A stretch of 64,000 nt of DNA. Source: Malacoraja senta. Taxonomy: Eukaryota. Location of the stretch: the NCBI GenBank assembly GCA_038087875.1, contig CM075996.1, positions 4,032,001 through 4,096,000 on the forward strand, read 5' to 3'. Of the stretch, positions 63,151 through 64,000 are shown one piece after another. Within the stretch, counting starts at the first letter, position 1; each line of letters starts with the position of its first letter. Under the pieces are notes generated by a model, which saw only the letters and a list, made by a program, of their open reading frames with translations, was not told the DNA's origin and ran no database searches. The translations under genes and the position numbers were made by a program.

Positions 63151-64000
63151 ATAGACAATAGACAATAGGAGCAGGAGTAGACCTTTCAGCCCTTCAGGCC
63201 AGTTCCGCCATTCAATGTGATCATGGCTGATCATCCCCAATCAGTACTCCATTCCTGCCTTCTCCCCATAATCCCCTGCCTCCGCTATCCCAGAGAACCG
63301 GCCTCCACCGCCATCTGAGGCAGAGAATTCCACCGACTCACCACTCTCTGTGTGAAAAAGAGAGTTTTCTTGTTTCTCCAACAATTGCTCCCAGAACAGA
63401 ATAAAACGCAGTAAAATGCTTTCTACAATTTCTTCAGCCGAATAGTAACATCTGATTCTGAACTAATATTCTGTTGTTTCGAGTCTTCTCATGAGAGGGA
63501 AAATAACCTGTTTAACTTAAGATACCTCGCATTCTTTCAAGCCTCAGAGAAGATAAGCACATTCTCCGCAATCCTTGAAAAAGTGGCCCTGTGAACCGCA
63601 GTCAAAAACCTCTAAGGCGCTGATGGGAGAATAGGCAACGAGCAAGTGAAGGGAGTCATTTACATGCGTTTACAATGGATTCCTCTCAGTGGGCTGAATG
63701 GCCTTCTGTCACCGAAGAAGGGTCTCGACCCGAAACATCACCTATTCCTTTTCGGGAACTGACAGAGGGCCGCCAAGAACAAAGGGGGTCTTGGCAAGGG
63801 GGGGGGGGAGGGGGTGGCGAGAACAAAGGGGGAACTGGGGGAGGGGTGGCCGGCAGTAGATGGGACAGTTCGGTACTTGTGTAACTTTGTCGGCACTACC
63901 ACGTGGCGACACTTGTGTACTGCCTAGGGTGTGCGCAAAGCAAAGTTTTTCACCGTACCTGGGTAGCCTAGGTACATGTGAAAATAAAGTGTCATTGATT

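Overview
Eukaryotic (vertebrate) genomic DNA, very likely a cartilaginous fish (skate/ray), judging from HE1/V-SINE-type tRNA SINEs and dense CR1, Penelope, Rex1 and Tx1 relics. Three spliced genes can be reconstructed with GT-AG boundaries and consistent reading-frame phases. (1) The last four exons of an R3-type receptor tyrosine phosphatase, PTPRH/SAP-1-like, on + (2215-5900). (2) A complete AKT1S1/PRAS40 CDS in four exons on - (37280-30150, 284 aa) with a long TE-poor 3' region. (3) The first six coding exons of TBC1D17 on + (51988-61487, continuing past the window), head-to-head with AKT1S1 across a CpG-rich promoter at ~50.1-50.85 kb. The rest is mostly transposon debris: CR1 3' ends, HE1-like SINEs, Penelope-like elements (PLE; GIY-YIG fragments and many short fold-back terminal-repeat insertions carrying a minimal hammerhead-ribozyme-like motif), Rex1/Babar, L1/Tx1, a decayed Tc1 and a Harbinger-type MITE. 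There is one 200-N assembly gap. No prokaryote-type system (CRISPR etc.) is present. The most notable signals are the hammerhead-bearing hairpin PLE derivatives with long TSDs, an in-frame perfect alternative donor in TBC1D17, and candidate unannotated exons between PTPRH and AKT1S1. Repeat family names come from motif recognition, not database searches; repeat boundaries are approximate.
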